Positions 34,437-38,427 of a DNA stretch of 38,427 nucleotides are shown here, one piece after another (the first letter of the stretch is position 1; every line of letters starts with the position of its first letter). The stretch is from Candidatus Xenobia bacterium (GTDB lineage: Bacteria > Vulcanimicrobiota > Xenobia > Xenobiales > QWHO01): contig BTUM01000077.1 in NCBI GenBank assembly GCA_045863235.1, positions 1 through 38,427 of the forward strand, in the 5' to 3' direction. The notes below the pieces were generated by a model. That model ran no database searches. It saw only the letters and a list, made by a program, of their open reading frames with translations, and was not told the origin of the DNA. The position numbers were made by a program, and so were the translations under genes.

Positions 34437-35883
34437 TGTAGTCCGTCCAGTTGCGGGCCAGCTCCACCAGGGTGCGCACTCCGACTCCGGTGGGCCCTTC
34501 CTGGAAGTATTTCCAGGGTTTTTCGCGCCAGAAGGTGCCGGCGATGTCGAGGTGGGCCCAGGCCACTTTCTCGGGCACGAACTCTTGCAAGAAGAGCCCG
34601 GCCGTGATGGCCCCGCCATATTGACCGCCCACGTTGTTCAGGTCGGCCACCGGGCACTTGAGCATCTCCTTGTACTCCATCGGCAGCGGGAGCTTCCAGT
34701 AGGACTCGCCGTGATTGCCCCCGGCCCGGGTGACGGCGTTGACCAGCTCGCGAGCATTGCCCATGAGCCCGGTGAAGGAGGGCCCCAGGGCCCGGGCACA
34801 GGCTCCCGTGAGAGTGGCCAGATCGAGCACGTGGGTGGCCTTGAGAGCTGCGCAGCGGATCAATCCGTCGGCCAGGATCAGCCGCCCCTCCGCATCGGTG
34901 TTCTCGACCTGCACGGACTTGCCGTTGGGATAGACCAGGATGTCTCCCGGACGCTGGGCTTTGCCGTCGAGCAGGTTCTCAGCCGTGCAGATCAGGGCTG
35001 TGACGCTGACGCTCGCGCCCAGCTTGCCCAGTGCCTCCATGGCGCCGAGCACCGCCGCGGCTCCGGACATGTCGCCTTTCATCACTTCCATGCCCGCAGC
35101 TGGCTTGATGGAAACGCCGCCCGAGTCGAAGGTGACCCCCTTGCCCACCAGCACCAGGTGGTGAGCCGAGCCCTCCACCGGGCGGTGCAGCCGGATCATG
35201 CGCGGGGGATGCTGAGACCCTGCCCCCACCGCGAGCAAGCCCGTGCAGCGCTGGTCGGCAAGTTCTTCCTCACGCCAGATTTCGCACTCCAGGCCGTGCC
35301 GCTCGGCGATCTCGCTGGCTCGCTGGGCAAGGGTCTCGGGTACCAGGGTGTTGGCCGGCTCGTTGGAGAGGTCGCGGGCCAGGTTGACCGCCTCAGCGAC
35401 GGTTCGGGCTGCTTCCAGGCGTCCCCCGAGGTCGTCGGCGGCGGGCACCATCAGCTCCAGGGTGAAATCCTCAAAGCGCTTCTTCGGCTCGCGACGGTAG
35501 TTCTCGAAGGCATAGGTTCCGAGCAAGGCCCCCTCCACCGCGCGGGCAGCCAGCTCGGAGCTGTTCAGGGCAACGGTGACCTTGCGGCGCCCGGTCTCGA
35601 CCGCCAGACGCAGCGCCCGGGCCGTAAAGGTCTTCAGGTTCTCCCACAGGCTGTATGCCTTCTCGGTGAGGGTGGAGAAGACCACCACCGCTCCCACGCC
35701 CTCGACCTCGAAGAGCACCTCGCGGCTGATGCGCTCCTGCTCGAAGCCCGATTGAATCTCGCTCAGGCGGCTTTCAAGCTGAGGGTGAGCGAGCTCAAAG
35801 AGCTTCTGGTTGGGATCGAGGACCAGCACGAGCAACTCGGTCTTGAGCTCGGACAGGGGTTGATGGAAGGTCGTGATCTGCAT
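34426..35883 (-). CDS. pepA: Leucyl aminopeptidase (M17)
   Basis: VGKGVTFDSGG.SIK, MKGDMSGAA, NTDAEGRLILAD, ATLTGA and WAHLDIAG. Confidence 0.95.
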   Translation of the reverse strand: MQITTFHQPLSELKTELLVLVLDPNQKLFELAHPQLESRLSEIQSGFEQERISREVLFEVEGVGAVVVFSTLTEKAYSLWENLKTFTARALRLAVETGRRKVTVALNSSELAARAVEGALLGTYAFENYRREPKKRFEDFTLELMVPAADDLGGRLEAARTVAEAVNLARDLSNEPANTLVPETLAQRASEIAERHGLECEIWREEELADQRCTGLLAVGAGSQHPPRMIRLHRPVEGSAHHLVLVGKGVTFDSGGVSIKPAAGMEVMKGDMSGAAAVLGAMEALGKLGASVSVTALICTAENLLDGKAQRPGDILVYPNGKSVQVENTDAEGRLILADGLIRCAALKATHVLDLATLTGACARALGPSFTGLMGNARELVNAVTRAGGNHGESYWKLPLPMEYKEMLKCPVADLNNVGGQYGGAITAGLFLQEFVPEKVAWAHLDIAGTFWREKPWKYFQEGPTGVGVRTLVELARNWTDYISG

Positions 35884-35941
35884 GGTCAGCCCTGCTTCTC
35901 AGCCGCCAGGACTCCTCCTGTCAGCCTGAGAAGCCCGGATT

Positions 35942-36529
35942 GTGTTCTATCTCAGCCTGGACGTGGAAGCCTCGGGTCCATTCCCCGGCCTCTTCAGCCT
36001 TGTCAGCGTGGGTGCGGTGGCGGTCGTGTGCCAGGGTCGCTGGAAACTGGCTGAGGACTCAGAGTTCTATGTCGAGCTCAAGCCTCTTCCGGAGGCGGCC
36101 GAGATGGCTGAAGCGACGGCCGTGCACGGTCTGACCAGCGACTATCTCTGCGAGCACGCCCTCGACCCGGCCCTGGCCATGGAGCGTTTTGCCGCCTATC
36201 ACGCGGGCCTCGAGAAGCGCTACGGGCGGGCCGTGGGGGCGGCCTGGCCGGCCAGTTTCGATCTGCCCTACGTCGGTTGGTATTGCCAGAAGTTCCTGGG
36301 TCGCAACCCGCTGGGCCATAGTGGCTTTGACATCGCCAGCTATGCTCTGGGACTGCTGCGCTGCTCGCGCAAGGATCTGAGCCGAGCCATGCGCCGAGCA
36401 GGCATTCCCAAGCCTCACAACGTGAATGCCCACAATGCCCTGGCCGATGCGGTGGAGCAGGGGACGCTGCTGACCAGCCTTTTGAACCACGCGCAGGGAG
36501 GCGGCCTGCCGGACGAGAAGGCTGATTGA
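35942..36529 (+). CDS. DEDDh 3'-5' exonuclease (DnaQ-like)
   Basis: SLDVEASGP, SFD and HNALADA motifs. Confidence 0.85.
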   Translation: MFYLSLDVEASGPFPGLFSLVSVGAVAVVCQGRWKLAEDSEFYVELKPLPEAAEMAEATAVHGLTSDYLCEHALDPALAMERFAAYHAGLEKRYGRAVGAAWPASFDLPYVGWYCQKFLGRNPLGHSGFDIASYALGLLRCSRKDLSRAMRRAGIPKPHNVNAHNALADAVEQGTLLTSLLNHAQGGGLPDEKAD

Positions 36530-36552
36530 GGTAAGTGGAGGAAAGACGACCT

Positions 36553-36945
36553 ATGTTGAAGACTCTGATCCTGTTGGCTCTGGTGGGGGGAGCGCGGGCC
36601 AGCGCTCCGGCGGGGGCACAGACCCAGCAGAACAAGACATCCCCGACATCCGCTCCCTCGCCCGCCACCGAGGTGGACCCCAGACTGAACGATGTTGAGA
36701 TGCAGTTTCTCAACGCTGAAGGTGCCATCTGGGTCAATCGCTCGGTCAACGATACCGTCTACTGGCCCGGCTACTCCCCGAACGCTGTCTATAACGAGCG
36801 CGACGCAGCTCGGGCCGAGGGCCAGGTGCGCAAAATCGCTTCCGGGACCAAGGTTTCCGACCTCACCGTGACTCCGTCCAAGAAGACGGAGGACTACCAG
36901 ATCAACATCAACGGCAAGGTGGTGCCGGTTCAAGCGCAGCCCTGA
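36553..36945 (+). CDS. Secreted hypothetical protein
   Basis: GGAGG upstream; signal peptide MLKTLILLALVGGARA. Alternative start GTG 36535. Confidence 0.7.
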   Translation: MLKTLILLALVGGARASAPAGAQTQQNKTSPTSAPSPATEVDPRLNDVEMQFLNAEGAIWVNRSVNDTVYWPGYSPNAVYNERDAARAEGQVRKIASGTKVSDLTVTPSKKTEDYQININGKVVPVQAQP

Positions 36946-36946
36946 G

Positions 36947-37402
36947 GTGTTGGCCCGCGACATCATGAGCCACCCGGTCGTCCGGGTGCGGCCCGACGCC
37001 TCGGTTGGCGAAGCCGTCCGACTGATGGCTGAGCACAATCTCGGCGCGGTCGTGGTGGTGGATGAGCAAGACACGCCCTGTGGCATTCTGACCGAGAGCG
37101 ACCTGTTGGTACGGGTCGCTCATCCCCATTATCCGCCTGTGTTGAGCATCCTGGGCGCGGTCATTCCTTTGCCGGGCGGCGAGTCGCTGGATGAGACCCT
37201 GAGGAAGATCACGGCCGTGCTGGTCAGCGAGCTGATGTCCTCCCCGGTGCACACCACTTCGGTGGACACGCCCGTGGCCAATGTGGCCGACCTGATGGTG
37301 GAGGAGAAGGTCCGCCATGTTCCGGTTCTGGAGGATGGCAGGCTGGTCGGCATGGTTTCGCGAGGCGACCTGGTGCGCCGCTACCTGGTGACACGGGAGT
37401 GA
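36947..37402 (+). CDS. CBS-domain pair protein
   Basis: ARDIMS.PVV...GILTESDL and VSELMSSPV...LVGMVSRGDL. Confidence 0.92.
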   Translation: MLARDIMSHPVVRVRPDASVGEAVRLMAEHNLGAVVVVDEQDTPCGILTESDLLVRVAHPHYPPVLSILGAVIPLPGGESLDETLRKITAVLVSELMSSPVHTTSVDTPVANVADLMVEEKVRHVPVLEDGRLVGMVSRGDLVRRYLVTRE

Positions 37403-37418
37403 GCCAGCGGCCGGACTT

Positions 37419-37940
37419 CTAGCCCCAGGCGTTGCGCGAGCGCTGAAGCCACCAGATAATCAGCCCCTCCAGTTGACGCACCCACTTCATCCACCACTGC
37501 TCCTTGAGGTGCAGGGGGATGACCAGGATGGTGTAGAGCCCCAGACGGTTGCCGGCCAGCACGTCGGTGAAAACCTGATCCCCCACCATGGCTGCCTGGC
37601 CAGGCTGGACTTCGAGCAGCCTGAGTGCTTTGCGCAGAGCCCTTCGGCGGGGCTTCTGGGCGGAGGGCACACAGGGGATGCCCAGCTCGCGCGACTGCAC
37701 TCCCAGCCGTTTGGGGGTGGCGTTGGAGACCAGACAGAGCTTGAAGCCCCGCCCGGTGGCCAGGTCGACCCACTCGCGCACTTCCTCGGTCAGCTCGTGC
37801 TGGTTCCAGGCCAGCAGGGTGTTGTCCAGATCCAGGAGCAGGGCCTTCACCCCCAGGCGATCGAGCAATTCCAGGTCGATCTCCATCACCGACTCGACCT
37901 GAGCGGCGGGTGTGAGCATACGGAGCCATACGCCTAGCAT
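37419..37940 (-). CDS. yqeG: YqeG-family HAD IIIA phosphatase
   Basis: LLDLDNTL, LVSN, AQKP and MVGDQVFTDVLAGNRLG. Start ATG 37940 or 37919. Confidence 0.9.
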   Translation of the reverse strand: MLGVWLRMLTPAAQVESVMEIDLELLDRLGVKALLLDLDNTLLAWNQHELTEEVREWVDLATGRGFKLCLVSNATPKRLGVQSRELGIPCVPSAQKPRRRALRKALRLLEVQPGQAAMVGDQVFTDVLAGNRLGLYTILVIPLHLKEQWWMKWVRQLEGLIIWWLQRSRNAWG

Positions 37941-38146
37941 CTGACTTCGACGCTTCCGGGCCGGGGGCGGCTGTCCTCCCCTCCGATCCGTGGAGGAAGG
38001 CCCCCTGTCCTGGCGTTTTTTCCGCCGGAAACGAAAACCTGCCGAACACAGAGCAGAAAAGCCCGTCAAATCGATCCGTGAAGGCTTTCACAGGAGGCGA
38101 AACTCCTGCCGAACGGAAGCGGCCATGGCCGTCCTGTGTCGGAGAG

Positions 38147-38184
38147 CAAAAGAAAGACGGCTCGCGCGATCGCGCGAGCCGTCT
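38147..38184 (-). terminator. Intrinsic terminator of the right-edge gene
   Basis: Perfect 30-bp palindrome at 38155-38184 followed by TTCTTTTG on the minus strand, about 20 nt after TAA 38204. Confidence 0.85.
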
Positions 38185-38203
38185 CGGTCAGTCCGTCAGG
38201 CCT

Positions 38204-38427
38204 TTAGTAGGCCGGAGGAGCGGGGGGAGGCGGAGGGGGAGGGGCCACCGGTGGGTAGCCCGGATAGCCGCCAGCGGGGTAAGAGCCAGCTCCGCCGCCG
38301 CCGCCGTAGGCGCCACCAGCGTTCCCGGCATTGCCAGCGTTCCCGGCGTTGCCAGCGTTGCCAGCGTTGCCAGCGTTGCCAGCGTTCCCGGCATTGCCAG
38401 CGTTCCCGGCATTGCCAGCGTTCCCGG
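38204..38427 (-). CDS. 3' end of a low-complexity protein: (GNA)12 then GGAYGGGGGAGSYPAGGYPGYPPVAPPPPPPPAPPAY*; 5' part outside the window
   Basis: In this frame all repeat variation is synonymous (GGG/GGC, AAC/AAT, GCT/GCC); it ends at TAA just before the terminator. Confidence 0.8.
   Translation of the reverse strand, partial: GNAGNAGNAGNAGNAGNAGNAGNAGNAGNAGNAGNAGGAYGGGGGAGSYPAGGYPGYPPVAPPPPPPPAPPAY
38318..38427. repeat. 9-bp tandem repeat, 12 complete units, running off the window edge
   Basis: Units agcgttccc, ggcattgcc, agcgttgcc and ggcgttgcc. Confidence 0.95.

Noticed and set aside
36892..36945. DYQININGKVVPV as a third copy of the C-terminal motif
   Set aside because: Only partial similarity, no basic ending, and the protein has a Sec signal peptide.
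38318..38427. Terminal repeat as a CRISPR array
   Set aside because: Contiguous 9-bp units without spacers, codon-like variation and no cas genes.

Overview
High-GC bacterial window with about 35 genes and no rRNA, tRNA, CRISPR array or transposase. The gene style (glycine-zipper proteins, YqeG, many class III cyclases) is compatible with a Terrabacteria lineage such as Vulcanimicrobiota/Eremiobacterota, but this is inference only. The left end is an accessory region: a densely palindromic non-coding element, an orphan Rhs core/toxin tip with its immunity gene (AT-richer; the toxin has an in-frame TAA 26 codons before its apparent natural end), and a ParE-type toxin-antitoxin pair with both genes frameshifted. 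A frameshifted LLM/F420 oxidoreductase lies about 3 kb further on. The remainder holds housekeeping, signalling and surface genes: MocR regulator, Ser/Thr kinase, two class III cyclases, Sua5, PlsC, GH26, serpin, PepA, DEDDh exonuclease, CBS protein and YqeG. Main highlights: (1) an msrA missed by the ORF track, with TGA at its catalytic position (GUFWG), an immediately downstream SECIS-like hairpin and a signal peptide, i.e. a probable exported selenoprotein; (2) a four-gene operon of a Gly-rich/Cys-tailed protein, a UPF0489 (peptide-arginase-type)-TPR enzyme, a GNAT and a four-repeat helical protein, a candidate Arg-to-Orn/acylation modification system; (3) an ungapped C-terminal motif shared by two unrelated proteins, a candidate sorting/export signal; (4) a (Gly-Asn-Ala)n collagen-like gene cut off by the right edge. 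All family calls come from motifs read by eye, not from database searches.
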